Positions 1 to 8,513 of a stretch of DNA of 64,000 nucleotides are shown here, one piece after another. A program made the translations under genes and the position numbers. The notes under the pieces were generated by a model. That model was not told where the DNA came from. It did no database searches and was given only the letters and a program-made list of their open reading frames with translations. The stretch's first letter is position 1, and every line of letters begins with the position of its first letter. Source of the DNA: Candidatus Sericytochromatia bacterium (GTDB lineage: Bacteria; Cyanobacteriota; Sericytochromatia; UBA7694); contig JADMKE010000003.1 of assembly GCA_018780035.1 (NCBI GenBank), positions 18,753-82,752 on the forward strand. The letters are read 5' to 3'.

Positions 1-189
1 GGGATCAAACAGTCCATTTTGGTTTAAAAAATGCCAATAGGCCTGTGAGGTGGTGGCAAATCCATCGGGCACCCGGATGCCCTGACGTGATAAATGTTGA
101 ACCATCTCACCGAGGGAGGCATTTTTGCCACCAACCTCTTCTATATCTTCAATGCAAATCTTTGAAAAGGGTTTAATAAAGCTGTTCAT
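1..189 (-). CDS. PEP synthase / pyruvate phosphate dikinase-family protein, N-terminal fragment (gene runs off the window to the left)
   Basis: Minus-strand translation from the ATG at 189..187 reads MNSFIKPFSKICIEDIEEVGGKNASLGEMVQHLSRQGIRVPDGFATTSQAYWHFLNQNGLFD. This matches the conserved PpsA N-terminus (VGGKNASLGEM...G..VP.GFATT). A GGAG Shine-Dalgarno sits upstream. It is not in the ORF track because it is truncated by the window edge. Confidence 0.7.
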   Translation of the reverse strand, partial: MNSFIKPFSKICIEDIEEVGGKNASLGEMVQHLSRQGIRVPDGFATTSQAYWHFLNQNGLFDP

Positions 190-227
190 ATCTAACTCTC
201 CATGCTCTCTTGATGTTCTCTGTCGGT

Positions 228-497
228 TTAATCTTCGTCTTCAACTTCAATGCGAATTAACAGGATTGATTGGGCATCGGGGGCGTTTGGATCGCTGTCC
301 TCTTCGATGATTAATTCTGCACCCTCGCAGCGGGTGCCCCTGACGGCATGTTCAAAGTGTTCGCGAAAATGGGAGCCTGAAATATGTGCCAAAGCCCCAA
401 TTTTGACCGAAACACTGACCACACGGCTGGCATTTTCGCGTTGCGCGGTGTCTTCAATTTTTCTGAGCAAATTGGCCAAAAGCGAAAATTCATGCAT
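228..497 (-). CDS. hypA: Hydrogenase nickel-incorporation protein HypA-like, short form lacking the CxxC...CxxC zinc finger
   Basis: Starts at the internal MHEFSLL (HypA MHE nickel-binding N-terminus). It aligns to HypA through ...AEGAELIIEE and ends with LLIRIEVEDED, the HypA C-terminal tail. The roughly 27 residues carrying both CxxC motifs are absent. It overlaps the upstream protease gene by 8 nt. Confidence 0.65.
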   Translation of the reverse strand: MHEFSLLANLLRKIEDTAQRENASRVVSVSVKIGALAHISGSHFREHFEHAVRGTRCEGAELIIEEDSDPNAPDAQSILLIRIEVEDED

Positions 498-981
498 GGG
501 GTATTTCTCCTTGAAATATTTGAAAATAGGCGGGGTAGCGGTTGTGGATTCGCAACAATAATTCTGGCAGGGCAGCAGTGACAATCGGGGAAAGCCCTGT
601 GCCTGAGCCAAAGTCGGCTCCTTCGATGCCAAACAGCGTTAGGGCTTGGGGCAATTCCCCCAAGGCCTTGGCCATTTCAATCGCTTCGGCCACACTGAAG
701 GCATGGGTGGAATAGTGAAAAAAACGTGAGGGAATGACCTGTTCTGAGGCCTCCAGCTCAAAGACCGTGCCAGGCAGCGCGCCAGAACAGACCGCGTCTA
801 CCAGCACAACCTGCTCATGCCCTTGCCAAGCCGCCATCAACGAACTGCCTTCGCCACTTTGGGTCTGCAGTTCGACTCCCTGCAAGTCTGACCTTTGCAG
901 CAGTTTGATGATGGCTGGGCCCAGGCCGTCGTCTTTGCGAAAGCCATTGCCAATGCCGAGGACCAAAAGCGGTTTTAACAT
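490..981 (-). CDS. [NiFe]-hydrogenase maturation endopeptidase (HyaD/HybD/HoxW family)
   Basis: N-terminal LVLGIGNGFRKDDGLG motif, about 160 aa. Sits in the hydrogenase operon and overlaps the pntB stop by 7 nt. Confidence 0.8.
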   Translation of the reverse strand: MLKPLLVLGIGNGFRKDDGLGPAIIKLLQRSDLQGVELQTQSGEGSSLMAAWQGHEQVVLVDAVCSGALPGTVFELEASEQVIPSRFFHYSTHAFSVAEAIEMAKALGELPQALTLFGIEGADFGSGTGLSPIVTAALPELLLRIHNRYPAYFQIFQGEIPHA

Positions 982-2414
982 GTTTTGAACTCCCGAATCA
1001 GGGTTTGCAGGGATTCTCGGGCGTCGCCAAAGAGCATGCGGCTGTTGTTTAAAAAGAAGAGCGGATTGTCGATGCCCGCAAACCCTTGGCCCATCGAGCG
1101 TTTGAGAATGATCACATTGTGCGCTTTTTCGGCATCCAAGATCGGCATGCCGTAAATCGGGCTGTGGGGATCGCTGTGGGCTGAAGGATTGACGATATCG
1201 TTGGCGCCAATTACCAAACAGACATCAACACGGGGCAGCCGGGTATTGGCCTCTTCCAATTCGAGCAATTGTTCATAAGGGACATTGGCCTCTGCCAACA
1301 GCACATTCATATGGCCGGGCATGCGTCCTGCTACCGGGTGAACCGCGTAAAAGACCTCTGTGCCGCGTTTGTTTAAAAGTTCGGCCAATTCAAACACGGC
1401 GTGTTGGGCCTGGGCCACAGCCATGCCATAACCGGGGATAAACATCACAGTTTCTGCGCTCTCCAGCAGGTAAAAGGCCTCTTCGCCGGTCAGGGGATGG
1501 GCGTGCAGGGCGGGCCCTGTGGCACCCGCTGCGGCAGCACTGGCGCCAAAATGGCCAAAGAGCACCTGGGCCAAGCTGCGGTTCATGGATTTACACATGA
1601 TCTGGGTCAGGATCAAACCACTGGCCCCCACCAAACAGCCCGTGACAATTAAGACCTTGTTGAGCAAAACAAAACCCACGGCACAGGCTGCCAGCCCAGA
1701 AAAGGCATTGAGCAGGGAAATCACCACGGGCATGTCGCCTCCGCCAATCGGCAAAACAGCCAAAACCCCCAAGAGCAGGGCCAAGCCCCCTGCGATCAGC
1801 AAAAGCGCAAAAGGGGGCGAGGGCAAAGCCAAGTAGAGCAATCCCAAGCCCAAGCTCAGACAAAAAAGCAGGAGATTGATCAGGCCCTGGCCGCGAAAGC
1901 GCAGGGGTTTGCCGCTGAGTTTTTCCGAGAGTTTGGCCCAGGCGATCAGGCTACCACTGAAGGTGATACCGCCAATCAAAACCGAGAGATAACCCGCTCC
2001 ACTGGATAAAACGCCGAGCGCCGGGCGAATCAGGGTCTCTGCCAGGGCCACCAAAACAGAGGCCAAGCCCCCCAAACCATTTAACAGGGCCACCATTTCG
2101 GGCATCCCCGTCATCGGCACCCGCAGGGCCAAAACCACCCCCAGGGCGGTGCCGATCAACAGCCCCAATAAGATCCACTGAAAATGCAGGCCCGTGCTCA
2201 ACAGCGTGGCCAAAATGGCCAATAACATTCCCCCCGCAGAGAGCAAATTGCCTTGGCGGGCAGAGGTTTGTTTGCCCAGCAATTTTATCCCCAAGACAAA
2301 GGCCACTGCAGAAAAAACATATAAAAACTCGCGGGCCAGATTCAGATCCAGGTTCAGATTCAGGTTCAGATTCTGGGCATTCAAGAAAGGTAGACTCAAG
2401 CCAAGCACACTCAT
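975..2414 (-). CDS. pntB: NAD(P) transhydrogenase subunit beta (PntB), with an N-terminal (NL)6 extension
   Basis: Multi-TM N-terminal region, then a C-terminal NADP(H)-binding dIII domain (GYGMAVAQAQH...VHPVAGRMPGHMNVLLAEA...LVIGANDIVNP...ILKRSMGQGFAGIDNPLFF). ATGA overlap with pntAA2. Confidence 0.9.
   Translation of the reverse strand: MSVLGLSLPFLNAQNLNLNLNLDLNLAREFLYVFSAVAFVLGIKLLGKQTSARQGNLLSAGGMLLAILATLLSTGLHFQWILLGLLIGTALGVVLALRVPMTGMPEMVALLNGLGGLASVLVALAETLIRPALGVLSSGAGYLSVLIGGITFSGSLIAWAKLSEKLSGKPLRFRGQGLINLLLFCLSLGLGLLYLALPSPPFALLLIAGGLALLLGVLAVLPIGGGDMPVVISLLNAFSGLAACAVGFVLLNKVLIVTGCLVGASGLILTQIMCKSMNRSLAQVLFGHFGASAAAAGATGPALHAHPLTGEEAFYLLESAETVMFIPGYGMAVAQAQHAVFELAELLNKRGTEVFYAVHPVAGRMPGHMNVLLAEANVPYEQLLELEEANTRLPRVDVCLVIGANDIVNPSAHSDPHSPIYGMPILDAEKAHNVIILKRSMGQGFAGIDNPLFFLNNSRMLFGDARESLQTLIREFKTC
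2337..2375 (-). repeat. Hexanucleotide tandem repeat (about 6 units) encoding (Asn-Leu)6 at the PntB N-terminus
   Basis: Plus strand cagattcagatccaggttcagattcaggttcagattctg. Minus-strand translation NLNLNLNLDLNL. Confidence 0.85.
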
Positions 2415-2701
2415 GAGGGCGGTCCCGCAGAATCGGATTTTTTCTCAAACATGTTTAACATGCGGTCGGTGACCACATAGCCCCCGACCACGTTGACCGT
2501 GGCAAAGATCACCGCAGCCGTGCCCAAGAGGGTCCCCCAGAGGGAATGCCCCGAACCCGCAGCCAAGATCGCCCCCACCACCGTGATCCCTGAAATGGCG
2601 TTGGAGCCCGACATCAGGGGGGTGTGCAATTGTGAAGGCACACGGGCAATGAGTTCAAAGCCCAAAAAAGCGGAGAGAATGAGGATCAACAGCAGTTCCA
2701 T
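2411..2701 (-). CDS. pntA: NAD(P) transhydrogenase alpha subunit part 2 (PntAA2, small membrane subunit)
   Basis: Start taken at MELLLILILSAF (ATG 2701..2699), which overlaps the stop of the upstream pntAA as ATGA. Hydrophobic 3-TM sequence typical of the split PntA membrane part. The ORF-track N-terminal extension overlaps the upstream gene and is rejected. Confidence 0.75.
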   Translation of the reverse strand: MELLLILILSAFLGFELIARVPSQLHTPLMSGSNAISGITVVGAILAAGSGHSLWGTLLGTAAVIFATVNVVGGYVVTDRMLNMFEKKSDSAGPPS

Positions 2702-3858
2702 CAGCCCAGCCTCCCTTGCCAAAAATTTTTGAGTTTGGCCTGTTGCCATTCGCCGTGAGAGGTCAGCAAAGCGGCCGTGTAGATTTCGTTGTGGGGATCC
2801 AAAACCCATGTTTTTGTTTCTGCTTGCGCTTGGCTATCTGCCAATTCTTTGAGCAAAAAATACAGATTGGCGGAATACATCCGACTGGCGTCGTGGGGCA
2901 CCCGGCCAGCCAAATTGCGGTAGCCGATCAATTTCACACCTTTGCGTTCGATCAGCTGATCAGCAACGATCCCTTCCACATTGCCGCCACTGTCCACGGC
3001 CCCATCGACCACAACCGAACCCGGTTTGAGCAGATCCAACAGGGCCTCTGTCAGAATCAGCGGCGCGGGTTTGCCAAAAACCTGTGCGCTGGTGATCACC
3101 ACGTCGCTGTGGGAGACAGCCTCGGCCAAACCTTCGGCCTGTCTTTTGAGTTGTTCTGAACTGACCGCTGTGACATAGCCTTCTGCATTGGTCTCGGTGG
3201 AGGAGAGGGCAATTTGAATGGCCCGCGCCCCCAGGGACAAAATTTGCTCTGAGGCTTCCGGGCGCAGATCATAGCCCTCGACCCGCGCCCCCAGTCGCCG
3301 GGCTGTGGCGATGGCCTGCAGGCCCGCAACCCCTGCGCCAATCACCAAGACCCGTGCTGGTTGCAGGGTTCCGGCTGGGGTGCTCATCATGGGAAAGACC
3401 CTGGGCAAATATTCTGCCGCCAACAAAACCGCCACATAACCTGCCAAACTGGCTTGAGAGGTCAGGGCATCCATGGCTTGGGCCCGGCTAATGCGGGGAA
3501 TCCACTCCATGCTCAGGGCCCTGATTTTGTTGGCGAGGCAGACTTGCAAAAGGGCCTGATTCTGAAAGGGATTCAAATAGCTAATATGCAGGGCCTTGGG
3601 GGAGACTCCCGCCATTTCTTCGGGTGGGGGTGGATTGAGGCGCAAAATGAGATCCGATTCTGCCAAGATCTGCCGCCGGTCTGTTAACACCGTGGCACCC
3701 ATCTCCAGATAGGCACTGTCGGGAATCTTCAGGCTTGCTGCCAGATCCGCTTCGATCTGCACCGCTAAGCCCAGGGCCTTGAGTTTGTTGACCTCAGCGG
3801 GCAAAAGTGGCACACGGGCCTCTTCGCGCTGACTTTCACGGGGGACCCCCACGATCAT
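2701..3858 (-). CDS. pntA: NAD(P) transhydrogenase alpha subunit part 1 (PntAA, dI NAD(H)-binding, alanine-dehydrogenase fold)
   Basis: [18 protein letters not shown] start and Rossmann VLVIGAGVAGLQAIATARRLGARV, typical of PntAA. The ATG overlaps the hydrogenase large-subunit stop (ATGA). Confidence 0.9.
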   Translation of the reverse strand: MIVGVPRESQREEARVPLLPAEVNKLKALGLAVQIEADLAASLKIPDSAYLEMGATVLTDRRQILAESDLILRLNPPPPEEMAGVSPKALHISYLNPFQNQALLQVCLANKIRALSMEWIPRISRAQAMDALTSQASLAGYVAVLLAAEYLPRVFPMMSTPAGTLQPARVLVIGAGVAGLQAIATARRLGARVEGYDLRPEASEQILSLGARAIQIALSSTETNAEGYVTAVSSEQLKRQAEGLAEAVSHSDVVITSAQVFGKPAPLILTEALLDLLKPGSVVVDGAVDSGGNVEGIVADQLIERKGVKLIGYRNLAGRVPHDASRMYSANLYFLLKELADSQAQAETKTWVLDPHNEIYTAALLTSHGEWQQAKLKNFWQGRLG

Positions 3859-5153
3859 GCGCGCGCCACCTCCAATTTGAGGAAATGGGTCGAGCAGGAG
3901 ATGCAGGGGTCGTAATTGCGAATGGCCTGTTCGCAGAGATGTTGCAATTCGGGGTCGGCTTTGTCCAAATACAAGGGCAATAAATGCCGCAAATCTGCTT
4001 CGATGGTCTTCTGGTTCTGCGAGGTCGGCGGCACAATTTTGGCATTAAGAATCAGCCCATTGGCATCAATCTCGTAGCGGTGATAACAGATGCCCCTGGG
4101 GGCTTCGGTACAGCCATGGCCTTTTCCCGCTTTAAGAGGCCCAGACACAAACGCCGTATCGGGCTTTTGGTAAAGTTCAATCAGGCGCAGGGCTTCTTCC
4201 AGTGCGTAGAGGGTTTCCAGGCTGCGCACCAAAATGCTTTTAAACGGGTTGTGGCAATGTTCAGCAATCCCCACTTCTTCGGCGAGGGCTTTGACACTGG
4301 GGCTGAGTTGCTCAAAATTGAGGTTGTACCGTGCCATGGGCCCGACAAAATAGGCCCCATGGCCAGTGTGGATGGAATGCAATGCCGTCGAGCGGGCCAC
4401 GTGTTCTTCTTCAAAATGTCTTTCGTATTCAGAGATGGGAATATCCAGGCCCAAATTGGAGACCAAGCGGCCTTCGTGAATGGCGTATTCGCTCGGGTGT
4501 TTGAGGGCCACATATTCATATTCCCGCTCAAAGGCTGGGAATTCAAATCCTGCCACCCAGCGCAGGGTTTCTATTGCCGCTTCCCGCGCCCATTCCAATT
4601 CGGGTTTCAGCGCAAGCAATTCTGTTTTTTCGGGCAGGCGGTAAAAGCCCCCCACCTGTAAATTGATCGGGTGGATTTCCCGGCCACCCAAAAGGGTCAT
4701 CAGGGTATTGCCAATTTTTTTTAAACGCAAACCGCGTTTGACGGCTTCTGGCGCGACTTTGGCCAGGGCCACCGCATCTGGAAAACCGAGAAAATCTGGG
4801 GCGTGTAACATGTAAATATGCAAAACATGGCTTTCGATCCACTCGCCGCAGTAGATCAGCCTGCGCAAACTGCGCAAAGGTTCGGGGACTTCAAGTCCGA
4901 GAATCGCTTCCATGGCCTGCACGGCCCCCATTTGGTAGGCAATCGGGCAAATGCCGCAGATCCGCGAGGTGATGTCTGGCGCTTCGCGGTAGTCGCGGCC
5001 CCGCAAAAAGGCCTCGAAGAAGCGGGGTGGCTCAAAAATTTTCAGTTGGACTTCTTCCAATGTGCTGCCGTTCATTTGGATATACAGCGCCCCTTCCCCC
5101 TCGACCCGGGCCAGGTAGTCCACAGATATGATCCGGCGTTTTTTCTCACTCAT
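3855..5153 (-). CDS. [NiFe]-hydrogenase large (alpha) subunit, group 3b sulfhydrogenase-like
   Basis: N-terminal [10 protein letters not shown] and C-terminal DPCISCSTH nickel-ligand motifs. Start chosen at [13 protein letters not shown] (ATG 5153), preceded by GAGGAG at -13. The longer ORF-track start overlaps the small-subunit gene. Confidence 0.85.
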   Translation of the reverse strand: MSEKKRRIISVDYLARVEGEGALYIQMNGSTLEEVQLKIFEPPRFFEAFLRGRDYREAPDITSRICGICPIAYQMGAVQAMEAILGLEVPEPLRSLRRLIYCGEWIESHVLHIYMLHAPDFLGFPDAVALAKVAPEAVKRGLRLKKIGNTLMTLLGGREIHPINLQVGGFYRLPEKTELLALKPELEWAREAAIETLRWVAGFEFPAFEREYEYVALKHPSEYAIHEGRLVSNLGLDIPISEYERHFEEEHVARSTALHSIHTGHGAYFVGPMARYNLNFEQLSPSVKALAEEVGIAEHCHNPFKSILVRSLETLYALEEALRLIELYQKPDTAFVSGPLKAGKGHGCTEAPRGICYHRYEIDANGLILNAKIVPPTSQNQKTIEADLRHLLPLYLDKADPELQHLCEQAIRNYDPCISCSTHFLKLEVARA

Positions 5154-5910
5154 GCTGCAGGCTCTCCTCTCGAAAGGCGGGGGCATTGCTATTAAAGCCC
5201 CGGTATAATCGGACCAATTCGGCTTCACTGACCCCCAAAGATTTAAACGCTTGGCTCAATGCCGCCGGATGGGGGGAATCCGAGGGGCCAAAACAGCCAT
5301 AACAGCCCCGTTGGTAGGCTGGGCAAATCGCGCCACAGCCCGCGTGGGTCACTGGGCCCAAACAGGGGATTCCCTGTGAGACCATGACACAGACCGTGCC
5401 CCTGAGTTTACATTCATGACAGACACTTTCGCTGGGCAAATGGGGCTTGCGCCGGTTTAAGAGGGCGTTGATCAGCTCCAGCAATTGGTTTTTATTGATC
5501 GGGCAGCCCCGCAATTCAAAATCGACTTTGATATGCTCGGAGATCGCCGTGGATTGGCTGAGGGTTTGAATGTATTCGGGCCGGGCGTAGACCATGCGCA
5601 TAAAATCTTCGACAGCCTGAAAATTGCGCAGGGCCTGAATCCCCCCAGCGGTGGCACAGGCCCCAATGCTGATCACCCAAGTTGATTGGGCCCGAATGGC
5701 TTCGATCCGCTCCAAATCGTGGGGGGTGGTGATGGAGCCCTCGACCAGAGAAATGTCATAGGGGCCCGCCACCACCGCCCGGCTGGCCTCTGGAAAATGG
5801 GCAATTTCAAGGGCCTCTGCCACCATCAGCAATTCGTCTTCACAGTCCAATAAACTGAGCTGGCAGCCATCACAGGAGGCAAATTTCCAAACAGCCAATT
5901 TGGGTTTCAT
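5146..5910 (-). CDS. [NiFe]-hydrogenase small (delta) subunit, group 3 type
   Basis: [22 protein letters not shown] Fe-S cluster-binding N-terminus and a C-terminal Cys cluster ([11 protein letters not shown]...[15 protein letters not shown]). Confidence 0.85.
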   Translation of the reverse strand: MKPKLAVWKFASCDGCQLSLLDCEDELLMVAEALEIAHFPEASRAVVAGPYDISLVEGSITTPHDLERIEAIRAQSTWVISIGACATAGGIQALRNFQAVEDFMRMVYARPEYIQTLSQSTAISEHIKVDFELRGCPINKNQLLELINALLNRRKPHLPSESVCHECKLRGTVCVMVSQGIPCLGPVTHAGCGAICPAYQRGCYGCFGPSDSPHPAALSQAFKSLGVSEAELVRLYRGFNSNAPAFREESLQHE

Positions 5911-6750
5911 TTAGACCTCCCGGGTATTCAAAAGAGATTGGACCTTGTCATAGCGAAAGACAGGGCCGTCTTTGCAAATAAAGTGGGGGCCATATTGGCA
6001 GTGGCCACAGAACCCCACGGCACATTGCATATTGCGCTCCAAAGAGACATAGATCTGTTCGGGCTTAAGGCCTTTTTCCAAGAAGGTGTGGGCACTGTAG
6101 CGCATCATAATTTCGGGGCCGCAGATCAGGGCCAAAGTCCGATCGGCATCCAGGTCTTGGGCTTGGATCAGCGAAGTCACCACCCCTACCCGGCCCTGCC
6201 AGCTCTGTGTGGCTTGATCGAGGGTGATATGCACGGCGATCTCTGCACCTGTCTGCCAGGACAGCAATTCGTCGGCATAGAGGATTTCTGCATGTTGTCG
6301 GGCACCATAGAGCAAGGTCAGCGAACGGATTTCAGAGCGCATCGCCAGCGCGGCATAAATCACAGGCCGAACAGGGGCCAAACCCAGCCCCCCGGCCACA
6401 ATCACCAAATCTTTGCCTTTGGCTTTGTGTAAGGGCCAGGCGGAGCCAAAGGGCCCACGAATGCCCAGTGATTGCCCTGGTTTGAGTTCAGCCAAGGCGT
6501 TGGTCACAGCTCCCACTTTGCGAATGGTGTGGATTTGCGCCGAGGTGTTTTCGGGCGAGCCTGAGATTGAAATGGGCACTTCTCCCACCCCAAAGACATA
6601 GAGCATATTAAACTGCCCTGGCCGAAACGGATTGAGCGTCTGGACACGCGTTTGCACTTCAGGCTTTTCACAACTCAGGCTAAAGGTCTGAGGGGTTTCC
6701 CAGCGAAAATCGCTGATACGCCAGACCTCTGGCAAAAGCGCTGGGCTCAT
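5911..6750 (-). CDS. Hydrogenase gamma subunit, FAD/NAD(P)-binding oxidoreductase with C-terminal 2Fe-2S (AsrB/PyrK-like)
   Basis: FNR-like fold ([42 protein letters not shown]) and a C-terminal [17 protein letters not shown] cluster motif. Confidence 0.8.
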   Translation of the reverse strand: MSPALLPEVWRISDFRWETPQTFSLSCEKPEVQTRVQTLNPFRPGQFNMLYVFGVGEVPISISGSPENTSAQIHTIRKVGAVTNALAELKPGQSLGIRGPFGSAWPLHKAKGKDLVIVAGGLGLAPVRPVIYAALAMRSEIRSLTLLYGARQHAEILYADELLSWQTGAEIAVHITLDQATQSWQGRVGVVTSLIQAQDLDADRTLALICGPEIMMRYSAHTFLEKGLKPEQIYVSLERNMQCAVGFCGHCQYGPHFICKDGPVFRYDKVQSLLNTREV

Positions 6751-7208
6751 TTTTGATCTCCATAGAAATCCAATAATTGTAATCGCGTGGCCTGCAGTCG
6801 TTCTACCATCATTTGTCCAAAGCGGCGTTGGATCAAATACCCCATTTCATGGTCTGTTTCACATTGCTCCAAAAAGGCTTTGGCATCAAAGACCAGAATT
6901 TGGCTTTCTTCGAGGGCCTGGGCATCAAAATGCCATTTATACGGGGGATAGAGCCAAGACCAGCCCAGCAGATCCCCTTCATGCAGGGTTTGGATCCGCA
7001 CACTGCCCCGCTGTGAAGAAAACATTTCAATCGCCACCGTGCCCGATTGAATCAGGTAAAAGGCTTCCGCTTTGCCGCCCAATTTAAACACAAAATCGTG
7101 AGCGGCAAAGGTCTGAAGGTGTGCGCAGCGAATCAGGGCCTGCAGATAGGGGGTGGGTAAATCTTTAAAATGGCGTTGTTTGCGGATCGCGTCCTCTTTA
7201 ATTTCCAT
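6747..7208 (-). CDS. Stand-alone cyclic-nucleotide-binding (CAP effector) domain protein embedded in the hydrogenase operon
   Basis: 153 aa with the full cNMP-binding beta-roll pattern (FVFKLGGKAEAFYLIQSGTVAIE...GSVRIQTLHEGDLLGWSWL...ALEESQILVFDAKAF) and no HTH. AGGAGA Shine-Dalgarno 6 nt upstream of the ATG. ATGA overlap with the gamma subunit. Confidence 0.7.
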   Translation of the reverse strand: MEIKEDAIRKQRHFKDLPTPYLQALIRCAHLQTFAAHDFVFKLGGKAEAFYLIQSGTVAIEMFSSQRGSVRIQTLHEGDLLGWSWLYPPYKWHFDAQALEESQILVFDAKAFLEQCETDHEMGYLIQRRFGQMMVERLQATRLQLLDFYGDQK

Positions 7209-7219
7209 GGGGGTTCTCC

Positions 7220-8392
7220 TTATGTTTTTGTTTGTAATGCGTTCAAAGCTTCAATTTCTGAGGTGAGATCGATTCCCACCGGGCACCAGGTAATACAGCG
7301 GCCACAGCCGACACAGCCCGATTGGTCAAATTGGTCCTGCCAAAAGGCCAGTTTGTGGCTGATCCACTGTCGGTAGCGTGCGCCTGGGCTTTGGCGAATC
7401 GGCCGACCCGCAGTAAGTGTAAAATTCAATGAAAAACAGGAGTCCCACTCACGCCAGCGCTCACTGCTTGTGCCTGCCAAGTCGGTCACTTCTTGAACCC
7501 CCGAACAAAAACAGGTGGGGCAAACCAGGGTGCAATTGCTGCAACTCAGACAGCGCTCTCCCACGTCTTTCCAATGGGTGCTTTCATACCCACTTTTTAA
7601 GGCCGCGCTGGCCTGTTCGGGATTCAAACTGCGGCCCATCTGTGCTGCCGCCGCTGTCCACAACGCATTTTCTTTTTCCAGCAGTGTTGCTGGAGCATGG
7701 CTTGGGTTGCAGTGTTTGAGCAGCTCAGCCCCTTTGGCGCTGCCGGCACGGGCCAGATAACAGGGCTCTGCGGTTTCAAGCATTTCAGTGATGGCCAGAT
7801 CGTAACCGGGCCCGGCTGCTGGGCCTGCCTCCATCGAGACACAAAAGCAGGTATTGCCGGGCTCGGTGCAGTTCACAGCCAAAATAAAGATCTGTTCCCG
7901 TCTTTCCCGGTAAAAATCATCGCTGTAAGGGCCTTCGAGAAAGACCCTGTCTTGGATTTGAATCGCTTTGAGTTCACAGCCACGCACGCCAATCATGGCG
8001 TATTTGGGCACTTCCTGATCGGGGGCCGTGATCTGCAAACCACGGCTGTTTTGTTCCGCTCTCATCAACAATTGCCGGGGTGGGTAGAGGTATTTTTTCC
8101 AAGCTTGGGGGCCCACAACATAGCCAAACAAGGCTGCATCGTCTCGGGACCGCAAGCGGTAAGAGCCTTTTCCTTGAATATCGCCGATACCCATCGGCAG
8201 ATCCGCTGTACTCTGAATGCGGTCGTAGACAATGGCCTGATCCCTGACCACGGGGCCCACGGTCTGATACCCAGCGGCCTGTAATTGGCTGAGCAGCAGA
8301 TCCAAATGCAGGCGCTGAAGAAGTACGACTTCTGTTTGCATCTTCCCTGATTCCCCCGTTTCTCGGCTCCTTTGAGGAAACACGATCCTCAT
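7220..8392 (-). CDS. Hydrogenase beta subunit, 4Fe-4S ferredoxin-type (AsrA-like)
   Basis: CLSCSNCTLVCPTCFC and CVGCGRCITWCPVGI cluster motifs. The start may instead be the internal MQTEVV at 8341 (GGGGGA Shine-Dalgarno). Confidence 0.75.
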   Translation of the reverse strand: MRIVFPQRSRETGESGKMQTEVVLLQRLHLDLLLSQLQAAGYQTVGPVVRDQAIVYDRIQSTADLPMGIGDIQGKGSYRLRSRDDAALFGYVVGPQAWKKYLYPPRQLLMRAEQNSRGLQITAPDQEVPKYAMIGVRGCELKAIQIQDRVFLEGPYSDDFYRERREQIFILAVNCTEPGNTCFCVSMEAGPAAGPGYDLAITEMLETAEPCYLARAGSAKGAELLKHCNPSHAPATLLEKENALWTAAAAQMGRSLNPEQASAALKSGYESTHWKDVGERCLSCSNCTLVCPTCFCSGVQEVTDLAGTSSERWREWDSCFSLNFTLTAGRPIRQSPGARYRQWISHKLAFWQDQFDQSGCVGCGRCITWCPVGIDLTSEIEALNALQTKT

Positions 8393-8513
8393 CTACAGCA
8401 TGGCTGATTATCCCTTAATTATCTTTGATGGATCTGCAGTCTGAAATTGATCTTGATCAGGAAACTTCAAATACGCCAGATAAAATAGTAATAAAGCGTT
8501 AAACTGAGAATAC
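8393..8513. promoter_or_regulatory. Divergent promoter region between the hydrogenase operon and carAB
   Basis: 121 bp AT-rich spacer between divergently oriented first genes. No specific boxes assigned. Confidence 0.4.

Noticed and set aside
3984-4661. 225 aa plus-strand ORF inside the hydrogenase large-subunit gene
   Set aside because: It is antisense to a gene with unambiguous NiFe ligand motifs. This is a typical GC-rich shadow ORF.
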